A DNA stretch of 64,000 nucleotides from an uncultured delta proteobacterium (GCA_963733715.1 CAVTEN010000010.1:8520-72519), one strand, 5' to 3'. Positions 10,471 to 20,251 are shown, numbered from the stretch's first letter. The notes: generated by a model from the sequence alone, not told the origin. Numbers and translations: made by a program.

Positions 10471-12217
10471 TCTGCAGGACCTGGATTTTATCCTTGAGGC
10501 GAGCGACCTGATCGGTTTCCTGCGCCTTCTTCAGCGCGTCGGTGTATTCGTGGCCGGCTTCCTTGGTTTTGCCCATCTTGCGATACGCGTCGCCAAGATG
10601 CTCGGTGATCGTGGGATCGCTGCCGGTCAGATTGACCGCGCGCTCCAACTCCTCGACGGCCTTCTTGTAGTCGCCCTTCTGATAGTAAACCCATCCGAGG
10701 CTGTCGACGTAAAATCCATCTTCGGGCTCGATATCGAGCGCGCGCTTGATTAGCTTTTCGGCCTCGACCAGGTTGGTTCCCTGCTCGGCGTAACTGTAGC
10801 CGAGGTAGTTCAGCGCCTGCGCGTTGGCCGGATTCAGATCGATCGCTTTCTTCATCTCGGCCATGCCTTCGTCGCGCTGCTTGTTCTGATCGAGCGCGGC
10901 GCCGAGCGTGAAGTGGAACTTGTCACTCTTGGGATCGGCCGCCACCATCTTGCGCGCCAGCTCGATCGCCGCCGGGTAATCTTTCTTTTCCTGGTAAACG
11001 CCGACCATGAAGCCGATGATCTCGGGGTCGTTGGGCTTCTTGGCGAGCGCGTCCTTCAACGCGGCCAGGGCGTCGTCGTACTTGTTCTGCTTGTCGTACA
11101 GGTAGGCAAGCTGCAGGCGCGACTCGACGTAATGCTCGTTGTCGGTGGGAATCTTGTTGAACTCGGCGATCGCCTTGTCGTTCTCGGAAAGCTCGGTGTA
11201 GACCGTGCCGAGGTAGTAATGGACGCGGTAGTTCTTGGGCTCGGAGCCGAGCACGAGGTTGAACTCGGTCGCGGCGTCGTCGAAATTTCCCTGCTCGACG
11301 TACAGCAGGCCGATTTTCGTGCGCGTGTCCGCGGGATTGGTCTCGACCTGTTCGGCGCGCTTCAGCTCGTCCAGCGCCTCATTGTATTTCTTCTGGCCGA
11401 CCAGGATTTCGGCCTTGCGCTTGCGAACCAGCTCGTTGTTCGGATTGATTTGCGTGATCTTGTTGTAGTAGACGAGCGCATCCTGCGTGCGCTCCTCCCG
11501 TTCGCGCAGTAGCGCGAAATCAAGCAGCACCAGCTCCGACTGAGGATTGAGGTCGAGCGCCTTCTGATAATATTTTTCGGCGGACGCGTAATTCTTCGAG
11601 GCCACCATCACCTTGCCGGCGTAGTAGTAGCCAAGGAACGAATTCGGATCGAGCTTGATCAGCTCCTCGAAAGTCTTCTCGGCCTCGCCGTAGTCGCCGC
11701 GCTTGGCGTACAGCGTGCCGAGATACAGATATGCTTCCTGGTTCTTCGGATTGAGCCGCAGTACCTCGCGGTAGTCTTTTTCCGCGGTATTGTCGTCGCC
11801 GAGTGCCGAGCTGATTCCCGCGCCGAGCAGACGCGCGTCGGCAGAGTCGGGATTGATCGCGAGCGCCTGGTTCACCTGCTCGAGCGCTTCCTTCAGCCGC
11901 CCGTCGCGGACGTAAAGCGTAGCCAGCCGAACCTTCAGCGCGGCGTTGGTGGGATCGTACTGAACCGCCTCCGCGTAGTTCGTGAGCGCAACTTCGCGGT
12001 CGTTGTCGTTCATCGCGACCTCGGCCCTCAGGAACGCGCTCATCGCGCGCGCATCCGAGGGCACATCCACGGCAGGCGCGCCGCCGAAGGGATTGTCCCC
12101 GCCGACGCTGGCGCTGCGGACAAGTTCGGGCTTCGAATTTGTGATTGAGGTGCAACCCAGAAAGGCGATCGACGCGACGCCGAGCGCGATCATCGCGCGT
12201 TTAGTGAAACAAATCAT
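10448..12217 (-). CDS. TPR-repeat lipoprotein (~590 aa)
   Basis: Many 34-aa TPR units (..ALxxYxKALxLNPxNAEA..); likely start MICFTKRAMIALGVASIAFLGC provides a lipoprotein signal. Confidence 0.75.
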   Translation of the reverse strand: MICFTKRAMIALGVASIAFLGCTSITNSKPELVRSASVGGDNPFGGAPAVDVPSDARAMSAFLRAEVAMNDNDREVALTNYAEAVQYDPTNAALKVRLATLYVRDGRLKEALEQVNQALAINPDSADARLLGAGISSALGDDNTAEKDYREVLRLNPKNQEAYLYLGTLYAKRGDYGEAEKTFEELIKLDPNSFLGYYYAGKVMVASKNYASAEKYYQKALDLNPQSELVLLDFALLREREERTQDALVYYNKITQINPNNELVRKRKAEILVGQKKYNEALDELKRAEQVETNPADTRTKIGLLYVEQGNFDDAATEFNLVLGSEPKNYRVHYYLGTVYTELSENDKAIAEFNKIPTDNEHYVESRLQLAYLYDKQNKYDDALAALKDALAKKPNDPEIIGFMVGVYQEKKDYPAAIELARKMVAADPKSDKFHFTLGAALDQNKQRDEGMAEMKKAIDLNPANAQALNYLGYSYAEQGTNLVEAEKLIKRALDIEPEDGFYVDSLGWVYYQKGDYKKAVEELERAVNLTGSDPTITEHLGDAYRKMGKTKEAGHEYTDALKKAQETDQVARLKDKIQVLQNAASAGH

Positions 12218-12360
12218 CGCTAAAAAAGATTCCCGGGGGAGCTTTTCAATTGGGACTCGCAAAACACTATATCGATTGTGAGCGCAGAGGTGTACCGCTC
12301 CCTTCAACCCGATCGCGGACCCTGGCGCCTGACCTTCCATTATAAGGATTCCGCCACCAG

Positions 12361-13864
12361 ATGCGAACTTGCAACCCTCTTTTGAATTTTATGGCTGCTT
12401 GCCACTGCGCATCGCCTCGGCTAGGCAGGGGAGCCGGAGCCGCCTCTCAATTGCCGCATCTCACCACTGAAAACCCGCATCCCGCAATACCCCAAGGCGC
12501 GGCACCGCACACACCTGCGCAACAACGAAACTCGCCGCGCAAGCTCGGCCTGATCCCGCTGGTATGCGTGATGTACCTGGTCGTGAGCGGTGGCGCGTAC
12601 GGGCTCGAGGATGCGGTCCGGATGGCGGGGCCGCGCCTGACGCTCCTGCTATGCCTGGTCGTGCCGCTCACGCTCAGCCTGCCGACGGCTCTGATGGCGG
12701 CCGAGCTGACGGCGCTGATGCCGGTGGAAGGCGGATTCTACTTCTGGGTCAAGGAAGCGCTCGGACCTTTCGCCGGCTTCGCCGAGGCCTACCTGACAAT
12801 TTTATACACCGCCTTCGACATGGCGATTTATCCGGTACTCTTCGCCAGCTACCTTTCGTTCATCGTGCCACTTGGACCGGCAGGCCAGATCGCTATCGGC
12901 ATCGCGCTGGTCTGGCTCGCGGGCGGACTCAATTTTCTGGGCGTCAGGCCGGTCGGGATGGCGTCGATAGTACTCGCGGCGATCCTGGTCTCGCCGTTCG
13001 CGATACTGGTGATCGTCGGCCTCCCGCATCTGATCCATTTCAAAATGCCAACGCCGCCGCTGTTCGGCGCAGACCCATGGGCCGCGCTTGCTGCAGGGTT
13101 GACGGTGGTCATCTGGAATTTCAGCGGATGGGAAAACCTGAGCGTCGTGTCCGCGGAAATTGAAAATCCGCGGCGCAACTATCTGCGCGCGATTCTGATC
13201 GCGATGCCGATAATCGTCGCCGGCTACGTGCTTCCGCTCGCCGTCTCGGTCTCCGGCGCGACCACCGCGGCCGACTGGGGCACAGGATCGTTCTCGCACG
13301 TCGGCTACGCCATCGGCGGACGCGCTCTCGGCGGCGCGCTGGCGCTCGGCGGCGCCGTGATGTCGTTCGCGGTATTCGAAGCCGCGATGCTCTGGGTATC
13401 GCGCATGCCGTTCGTCCTCGCGCGCGAGCGCTACCTGTCGCCGCCGCTCGCACAGCTCTGGTCGACGACCGCAACGCCGGGCAAATCGATCCTGCTCTGC
13501 TGCATCGTCTTCACGCTTCTGGTGCCGGTCGGATTCGTCGCGCTGGTAGTGCTCGACGTCTTCTTCTACATGGCGGCGCTATCGTTGGAGCTGTTCGCAC
13601 TGATGCGCCTGCGCAAACTGATGCCCGATCGCGCCGGCCATGTTCACCATCGGCGGCGGCCGCATCGGCCTCGCATTGATCGTAACGCTTCCTATTCTGA
13701 CCTGGGCCGCAACTTTCGGATTGGCCATCTCAGCCGGCGTCGCCAAAACAGATTTCATCCTGGCCATCGTGCTCGGCGCTTTCGTCTGGCCAGCCTACAC
13801 AATCTGCCGCCGCCTTTACGGCGGCCCGCCCGCAATCGACCCCCCGCCCACCAGCATCGTCTGA
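12361..13864 (+). CDS. APC-family amino acid permease, frameshift near 13635
   Basis: 12 TM helices and APC-like N-terminus (LGLIPLVCVMYLVVSGGAYG); C-terminus continues in ORF 13640..13864; exact start uncertain. Confidence 0.7.
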
Positions 13865-13867
13865 AAC

Positions 13868-13927
13868 ACTAAGGTGCAGGGGTTACCCCTGCCCAAGGAA
13901 GTATGAAACCCACGGCGGGTTTCATGT
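13868..13927. repeat. Extragenic palindromic repeat, family B, copy 1 (double hairpin GCAGGGGTTACCCCTGC + GAAACCC..GGGTTTC)
   Basis: Near-identical to 16858..16917; sits between convergent genes, so probably a bidirectional terminator / REP element. Confidence 0.8.
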
Positions 13928-13951
13928 TTAATTAAGTTCCCCTTCCCAGTC

Positions 13952-14521
13952 CTACGGCTGATGCGGATGCTGCCGCCACAATCCCAGGCGCCGACGCGCT
14001 TCGCGCCGCTGCTCGGGCGTCATCTGCTGCCATCGATGCCAGTTAGCCATCATTCGTTCGCGCTGCGCCGGCGGCAATTGCTCGAATTGCTGATATCGCT
14101 TCATCATCTTGTCGCGCTGGTCCGGCGGCAGACCGCGGTATCGCGCGTAGTCATGCTGCAATTCATCGCGACGCGCCTCGGGAAGCTGGCGCCACCTGCG
14201 CAATCCTTCGAGCACACGCTTGCGCTCTTCGGGCGGCAGATTGCGGAACGTCTGGAAGTTCTGCTGCACCTTCTGCCGTTCCTCGGGCCGCATCGATTGC
14301 CATCGGCGATAGTTCTCGAGCACACGCTCGCGCTGATCCGGCGTGAGGTTTGCCCATTCCCTCGGATGCTGCGCCGCGAGTGCGCGTTCGGCATCGCTCG
14401 ACGGCATTGACGCGCCGGGCGGTGGTGAAGATTGCGCATGAGCGGGAGTTGCCGGCGCAAATCCGCAGAGGATCAACGCAGCGACGATGAATGCGCTCGC
14501 GATATGCCTGCGTCGCGTCAT
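13952..14521 (-). CDS. DUF3106-like periplasmic repeat protein (RWQ..PPEER repeats) with signal peptide
   Basis: Repeated motifs ...YRRWQSMRPEERQKV..., ...LRRWRQLPEARRDEL...; this family is commonly encoded after sigma-E/anti-sigma pairs. Confidence 0.55.
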   Translation of the reverse strand: MTRRRHIASAFIVAALILCGFAPATPAHAQSSPPPGASMPSSDAERALAAQHPREWANLTPDQRERVLENYRRWQSMRPEERQKVQQNFQTFRNLPPEERKRVLEGLRRWRQLPEARRDELQHDYARYRGLPPDQRDKMMKRYQQFEQLPPAQRERMMANWHRWQQMTPEQRREARRRLGLWRQHPHQP

Positions 14522-14917
14522 TGCTGCGGCCCCTCGACGTCGTAGCTCGGCTGGCTCGACGGTATCCGCGGAGGCGCCTTGGAAGGCGCGACGTCTTCTG
14601 CACCCTGCCCCGCGCTCGCCGCGGCTCGCGGGAGCCGGCAAATCACCTGCGTCCGCATCATCGTGACTTCCCAGGTAACCCATCGCGTCGAGCGTGCGGA
14701 TCTGATCGAGCATCGAGTCGTCGCCTGGCGACGCAGCAGGCGCGGGCGCAGCTTGCGCGTTATTATGACGCGGCTCGAACAGGTCCAGGTTCATCAACAT
14801 TCTCAAATCCGGTGGCGCGTCGTGCGTAGCGTTTTGCGCCGACGCCCGCCGCGTTTCGCCGCACACAACCATCGTCCCGATCAGCACAATCGCAGCCACT
14901 CTACGACGGAGTTTCAT
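14522..14917 (-). CDS. Secreted hypothetical protein with signal peptide, read through in frame into the downstream DUF3106-like gene (no stop codon)
   Basis: MKLRRRVAAIVLIGTMVVCG signal peptide; no stop before the internal Met at 14521, possibly a lost stop or indel. Confidence 0.35.
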
Positions 14918-15413
14918 GGTTCTGGCGGTCTCCGGGCCCCAGCTCGTCCAGATGCTCGATCACGTCATAGTTCTCGAGCAGATCGAGATGCTCGACGACG
15001 TGATAGTTGGCGAGCAGGCCCACGTCCGCGCTGCTCAGCTCCTGCTGCAGCTCGAGCTGGTCGACGCCGGGCGCATTCGAACTTCCCGCCCCGCGATGCA
15101 TCACGATTGCGATCGCGAGCACCGCGACCGCCGCCGCACCCAGCGCCGCCGACGGCCAGCCGAAGACCGGCAACGGCAACCGAAGATCCTCTCGCCGCCA
15201 TCGCCACCGGCCGCGAACGCTCGCGCTCTCTGCTTGTCTCGCGCGCAACTTGCGCTTTAGTCCAGCGCGGTACTCCGCCCAATCCGGCTCGCCGACGTCA
15301 TCAACCACTCGCGCGAGATTCGACAGTATCGCCGCCGACGCGTCAGCCGACTCGCGGCATTGCGCGCATCCCTCGAGATGCGCCCCGACGCGCGCCCGCT
15401 CGTCCGCGCTCAA
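14901..15413 (-). CDS. Anti-sigma factor with zf-HC2 zinc finger, single TM helix
   Basis: HLEGCAQC motif and a central hydrophobic segment; sits immediately downstream of the ECF sigma gene. Confidence 0.7.
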   Translation of the reverse strand: MSADERARVGAHLEGCAQCRESADASAAILSNLARVVDDVGEPDWAEYRAGLKRKLRARQAESASVRGRWRWRREDLRLPLPVFGWPSAALGAAAVAVLAIAIVMHRGAGSSNAPGVDQLELQQELSSADVGLLANYHVVEHLDLLENYDVIEHLDELGPGDRQNHETPS

Positions 15414-15480
15414 CTCTCCGCGCAGGTACGGAACGATTTCTGTATCGCGGCGTGATTCAGTTTTTAGTAGCCATCGATAG

Positions 15481-16050
15481 TCAGTCGTTCGCCATCAATT
15501 TGCGGAGCTGCGCGATCCCGCGATGCACATGCACGCGCGCCGTCGCTTCCGAGCACTTGAGCACCTCGCCGATTTCGCGGCTGGTGAAACCCTCCTGCGT
15601 CTGCAGTAGCACAGCGGCGCGCTGCTGCGGCGACAGCTTCGCGAGCGCAGGACGAAGCCGGCGTATCGATTGAGTCAGCATCGCCTCGTCCTCGGGACCG
15701 GCCTCGCTTGACGGCGGATCGAACGCGCGTTCGTCGGGATCGTCGCCGCCGGGAGTAGCGAGCGGCGCCAGCCGCTTCCACCATCGATTCTTCCGCTGAT
15801 GGTCGATGCACAGGTTGACCAATATCCGATAGAACCAGGTCGAAAAGCGCGAACGGCCGTCGAAACGGCCGGCCGATTCGTACAGCCGGATAAACGCGTC
15901 CTGCGAGACGTCGCGCGCGTCGGCCTCGTTGCCGAGAACTGACGCGGCGAGCCGGTACGCGCGCCCCTGATGGCGGTCCACCATGAGCTCGAATGCGTCC
16001 GCATCGCGCTCGGCGATTCTCCTGCACAGCTCCTCATCGGAAGGCTCCAC
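15481..16050 (-). CDS. ECF-family RNA polymerase sigma factor (sigma-70 regions 2 and 4)
   Basis: 189 aa; ...DAFIRLYES...FSTWFYRILVNLCIDHQR... and C-terminal HTH (TSREIGEVLKCSEATARVHVHRG). Confidence 0.85.
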   Translation of the reverse strand: MEPSDEELCRRIAERDADAFELMVDRHQGRAYRLAASVLGNEADARDVSQDAFIRLYESAGRFDGRSRFSTWFYRILVNLCIDHQRKNRWWKRLAPLATPGGDDPDERAFDPPSSEAGPEDEAMLTQSIRRLRPALAKLSPQQRAAVLLQTQEGFTSREIGEVLKCSEATARVHVHRGIAQLRKLMAND

Positions 16051-16274
16051 CGTAATCAGTCCCGGGACGCGTCAAACCCACAAAAAAATCGGCCCGCGAC
16101 CGATATTACAAATTCCCGACCCATTTGACGAAACAACCTTAATGTTCGTTTACACGAATCCGACTAAATTTTCCGCTGATGCTCCGTAAACGAATCCGCG
16201 ATACACGCCGTCCAACTCTCATCTCAGAAACAACCAGCGGCGCAAAACGCGCGTTGATGAACAGGAGATCAATC

Positions 16275-16790
16275 ATGAAAAAATCAATCACAGCTCTGGC
16301 GGCGATAGCCTTCGTCGGCGCGATCAGCTCGACCGCATTCGCAGGTCCCGTCGGCCGCTTCGATAACGGCTATCTCGACGAGCATCCCGAAGTCGCGGAG
16401 CAACTCGGCCACGATCCTCGGCTGGTGGACAACCCGCGGTTCCTCGCCACTCATCCCGGCCTCGACGAGTACTTCAAGAACCATCCTGAAGTGCGTTCAG
16501 ACCTGCAGAACCATCCCGACCGCTTCATGGCGCGCGAGCGTTACCACGATAACCACGAGGGATGGAACGGCGGGCATCCGCTAGCGACGACCGATCACTA
16601 CATGGACTCGCATCCCGAGGTGTCGAGGCAGCTGGAGAAGGACCCGGCGCTGGTCGACAATCGCGGATACGTCGACAGTCACCCGGGCCTGCACGAGTAC
16701 CTGCACAATCATCCAATAGCGCGCCACGACTGGAAGTCGCATCCGTACCGCTACATGGCATCCGAGCGCCACTACGATCAGAAGCACTAG
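16275..16790 (+). CDS. Secreted His-rich protein with two ~60-aa tandem repeats (HPEV..QL..DP.LVDN...HPGL.EY..NHP)
   Basis: Signal peptide MKKSITALAAIAFVGAISSTAFA; two clear internal repeats; divergent from the ECF sigma operon. Confidence 0.6.
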   Translation: MKKSITALAAIAFVGAISSTAFAGPVGRFDNGYLDEHPEVAEQLGHDPRLVDNPRFLATHPGLDEYFKNHPEVRSDLQNHPDRFMARERYHDNHEGWNGGHPLATTDHYMDSHPEVSRQLEKDPALVDNRGYVDSHPGLHEYLHNHPIARHDWKSHPYRYMASERHYDQKH

Positions 16791-16813
16791 GCCCGTAGAT
16801 CGCCAAAAAGGGG

Positions 16814-16850
16814 AAGGCGCCGAGCGATCGAAAAGATCGCTCGGCGCCTT
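16814..16850 (+). terminator. Strong hairpin (16-bp perfect stem, GAAAA loop) downstream of the His-rich repeat gene
   Basis: AAGGCGCCGAGCGATC-GAAAA-GATCGCTCGGCGCCTT, followed by the family-B palindromic element. Confidence 0.6.
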
Positions 16851-16857
16851 GCTTGAT

Positions 16858-16917
16858 ACTAAGGTGCAGGGGTTACCCCTGCCCAGGGAAGTGCGAAACC
16901 CAGGAGGGGTTTCGCGT
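16858..16917. repeat. Extragenic palindromic repeat, family B, copy 2
   Basis: Matches 13868..13927; sits between convergent genes. Confidence 0.8.
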
Positions 16918-16921
16918 ACAA

Positions 16922-17431
16922 TCACGTCGGCCCCGGCGCCTCATACGCCATGTAGCGCGATATTTTCCAGCTCCCATCCGCTTGCCGCCGGAAAATATCC
17001 ATGCCGGGTTCACGCGTAGTTTGTTCGGCGCCGGCGTCCTTCGGGCGCACCTTCAGAGTCCACACGAGCCTTACGACGGCGAGGTCGCCCGAGACCAGGA
17101 TTTCCTTGATTTCCAGGTCGTAGTGATAAGTCTTGGCCGGGTCCGTCAAGGCCGCCTGCATATTGGCGCACAGAGAATTGTAGGTGTCTTCCGGCTGCCC
17201 GCGAAAATTTGAAATCAAATCCGGCGCGAACAGCGCGCAGACCTGCGACGTATCGCCGGCGTTGAAGTCGAGCTTCCATTTCTCCAGCGCGACGCGGATC
17301 TGATTCTGCACTGCCGCCGAATCGTCATCCGCCGCGGGCACATAAGTCGCCAACAAGAGCATCGAGAGAATCCCTGCCGCGATCGATCCAACCTGTCTCG
17401 TCATTCTCATCCCTCGGAGTTCTACTCGCAT
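16922..17431 (-). CDS. SnoaL-like/NTF2-fold (DUF4440-like) secreted protein
   Basis: 169-aa ORF; signal peptide after an internal Met (MRMTRQVGSIAAGILSMLLLATYVPA). Confidence 0.5.
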   Translation of the reverse strand: MRVELRGMRMTRQVGSIAAGILSMLLLATYVPAADDDSAAVQNQIRVALEKWKLDFNAGDTSQVCALFAPDLISNFRGQPEDTYNSLCANMQAALTDPAKTYHYDLEIKEILVSGDLAVVRLVWTLKVRPKDAGAEQTTREPGMDIFRRQADGSWKISRYMAYEAPGPT

Positions 17432-17829
17432 CCCGAATCAGCAAGCATATTCGCATATCTTTGAGATGCTTTTCCGCCCTGCCATACCCCTCTTGACGAC
17501 TGCGCAGTATTTCGGTAGCTGATTTATCGGATAAGGTTTGGTAATGTCCGCAGCTGCGGAAAGCCAGCCTTTCAGGGGCTTTCCGCCAGGAGAGTCAGCG
17601 ATGAGCAGCATGGCACGTATGGCAGTATTCGTTGTCATGGGGTCGGCATTGACGGTCGGGGCCCTGATGTTAGCCAGCTACCTGTCCACCGCCGCCGGTT
17701 AGTTCCCCGCCCGTAGCCTGACGGGCGAGCCCGGTTCCGGATATTCTCTTTTTCAGCGACTCCTCAAGCCGCAGGCATTAGTTTTGCGCACTGACGATTT
17801 CGCGTGCGCGTGCTCTTGTCTATCCTCAA

Positions 17830-18726
17830 TTGCGTGATGAATCGGCGGCGACCATCGTGAGCGAAGCGCCGCCAGAATTCGTCGCGCAGCATGCTCGCGC
17901 ATTAACGCGGCTGTGCAAACGCGCTGGCGCTGCGCGATGGAACGTCAGCGATGAATCCCTTCGCGATGCCGCATATCGCGGCGCGCACTCGGCTGGCGTA
18001 CTCGACCGCGGCGGGGTCGAATCGTTCATCGATGCACTTCACGCCGAAGACTTGAGCCTCGCAATCGCATGCCAGGCGGGCGAATCCGCGCCGTGGGAGC
18101 ACTTCATCACGAGCTTCAGGCCGGCGCTCTATGCGGCAGCGCGCGCGATCGCCGGCGACGAGGCGCGCGGCCGCGAGCTGGCGGATTCGATTTGGGCCGA
18201 GATGTACGGGATGGAAGTTCGCGACGGCCGCCGCCGTTCGATCCTCAGCTACTTTCACGGCCGCAGTTCGCTTCTTACCTGGATGCGGGCGGTGCTGGCG
18301 CAGCGCCACGTCGATTACATTCGCTCTCAGAGCCGCCTCGCGCCGCTGGACGATCATGTTGAGCAAGCGGGAACCATCGGTGACGATCATGCCGACGCGC
18401 CCGATTCCGATCGCGCACGTTATGTGGCGATGCTGGGTAGCGCGCTCGACGCCGCGCTGAAGTCGCTCGCGCCGCGGGACCGGATGCGGATGGCGTACTA
18501 CTACCGGCATGATATGTCGCTCAAGGAGATTGGGCGCGTGATGGATGAGCATGAGTCCACGGTGTCGCGCCGGCTCGCACGCACGCGCGACCAACTCAAA
18601 CTCGCGATCGAGCGCACACTGCACGAGGGCGACAAGCTGAGCCAGGACCAGATTCGGCTATGTTATGATTGGGCTGCGGGCGATTTGCAGATCGATTTGT
18701 CGCGCGCGCTCCCGGACCTCAAATGA
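17830..18726 (+). CDS. Sigma-70 family (ECF-like) sigma factor with long N-terminal extension
   Basis: Region 2 (..SLLTWMRAVLAQRHVDYIR..) and region 4 HTH (MSLKEIGRVMDEHESTVSRRLARTR). Confidence 0.7.
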   Translation: MRDESAATIVSEAPPEFVAQHARALTRLCKRAGAARWNVSDESLRDAAYRGAHSAGVLDRGGVESFIDALHAEDLSLAIACQAGESAPWEHFITSFRPALYAAARAIAGDEARGRELADSIWAEMYGMEVRDGRRRSILSYFHGRSSLLTWMRAVLAQRHVDYIRSQSRLAPLDDHVEQAGTIGDDHADAPDSDRARYVAMLGSALDAALKSLAPRDRMRMAYYYRHDMSLKEIGRVMDEHESTVSRRLARTRDQLKLAIERTLHEGDKLSQDQIRLCYDWAAGDLQIDLSRALPDLK

Positions 18727-18789
18727 AACGACGCGCCCAGTGCAATTTTCCGGCGGCGGCTCGTTCAAAGAGTAAGGAATCGTGACGAC

Positions 18790-20250
18790 GTGACGCCGGA
18801 GAACAGAAATAACGAGCCGCTCGACGCGATTCTGCGCCGCGCGATGCGCGCCCAGCCTGGTCCGGCGACGCCCGAATGCGCTGACGCTGAGTCGCTCGCC
18901 GCTTACAGCGAGCGTTCGTTGGCGGCGCCGGAGCGTGAGCGTCTCGAAGCTCATTTTGCCGATTGCATGCGATGCCAGCTGATGTTGGCGGATATCGCTC
19001 GCGCCGACGAGAGCGCGCGCGACGCGAAGGCAGCATCTGAAGTCCCATGGTATCGAAGATGGCGAATCGCGATTCCCGCTCTTGCAGCAGTCGCCGCGGT
19101 TCTCGTTTTCATTGCGATAAAGCGTCCCGCGAACGAAGAATCGCAGCGCGATCAGCTCGTCGCGATGGCGAAGAATGAAGCTCCGCGCATCGAGGTCGCG
19201 GAACAGGCGGCGCCTCCCGCGCCTGCGGCAGCACCGCAAGCGGCCGCGCCCGCGGCGCAAGTCGCAACGCTCGCATCGAGACCTGCCGCGTCCGTCCCGA
19301 ACGAGCTCGCGAGAAATGAAGTCCGGCCCGAGGTGACGGCGAAGCGTGAAGCTCTGCGCATGCATCACGCAGCACCGGCGGCAGCGCCAGCCGCAGCTCC
19401 TGCGCCGCCCCCGGTCGCCGCGGGGCGAGTGGTTGCGATTGCTCCGGCAGCGCCGGTCGTTGAATCGAGTTCCGCGGCGGTTGGACGGCCTACTGCATCC
19501 GTATCGAGCGAGCTTGCGATGAATCAACCACAGTCGGCGCCCCAGCGTGCGGAATCGAGTGGCTACGCGGCGCGCGATGAGTCAAGTGCGGCCGCGGCTC
19601 CCGGTATCGGAGCGATGGTCGCCGCTCCGGCAGCTGGTGCTCCGGCGATTGCGGGCGCGGCAGTCGGGCACAGCGGCACTGCCATCGGCGGCACCGCGCC
19701 GGGCGCCGGGTCCGGTGCAATAGCCGGCGGCGTGGCTGTTGGCGCCGCGGCTGGCGCGCTCGTTGGCAGCTCCAGCGGCGCGGTGAGCGTACGCTCCGCT
19801 CCAGTGTCGGGGGCGGCGATCGGTGGTGCGCAAACACAAATGGCAGAGACCGGGAGCTACGCGGCGCGCTCGGTTGGCGGAGCGTCAGGAGGAGCAGAAG
19901 TGCTCGAGACGACGATGTCGCCCGACCGATCTGTAACTTGGACCTTTGGTCAGAATGGAATGTTGCGACGACACGACGCGGACATCCCCGGGTTGAGGAT
20001 GCAGCAAAGTGGCGTCACCACCGACCTGGTTGCCGGCTCGGCGCCGTCGGCGACCGTATGCTGGATCGTCGGCCGCAGCGGAACGATCATCCGCACGACT
20101 GACGGCGAGCATTGGGAGCTCATCGCGGCGCCCAGCGCAGACAATCTGAGGGGGGTTTCGGCCAGCAGCGCGCGGGACGCAACCATCACGACTGCTCGCG
20201 GGCAGAGTTTCGCGACGTCCGACGGCGGCGCGAGCTGGCATCTGCGGTAG
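18790..20250 (+). CDS. Membrane anti-sigma factor: N-terminal zf-HC2 (HFADCMRCQ), TM helix, Ala/Pro-rich linker, C-terminal BNR/Ycf48-like beta-propeller segment
   Basis: Zinc-finger motif, hydrophobic helix IAIPALAAVAAVLVFIAI, low-complexity Ala region, and BNR-like motifs (TDGEHWEL, SDGGASW). Confidence 0.6.
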   Translation: MTPENRNNEPLDAILRRAMRAQPGPATPECADAESLAAYSERSLAAPERERLEAHFADCMRCQLMLADIARADESARDAKAASEVPWYRRWRIAIPALAAVAAVLVFIAIKRPANEESQRDQLVAMAKNEAPRIEVAEQAAPPAPAAAPQAAAPAAQVATLASRPAASVPNELARNEVRPEVTAKREALRMHHAAPAAAPAAAPAPPPVAAGRVVAIAPAAPVVESSSAAVGRPTASVSSELAMNQPQSAPQRAESSGYAARDESSAAAAPGIGAMVAAPAAGAPAIAGAAVGHSGTAIGGTAPGAGSGAIAGGVAVGAAAGALVGSSSGAVSVRSAPVSGAAIGGAQTQMAETGSYAARSVGGASGGAEVLETTMSPDRSVTWTFGQNGMLRRHDADIPGLRMQQSGVTTDLVAGSAPSATVCWIVGRSGTIIRTTDGEHWELIAAPSADNLRGVSASSARDATITTARGQSFATSDGGASWHLR

Positions 20251-20251
20251 T

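Noticed and set aside
18658-19527. 289-aa minus-strand ORF opposite the anti-sigma factor Ala-rich region
   Set aside because: Arg/Cys-rich low-complexity artefact of the GC-rich Ala-coding stretch on the other strand.
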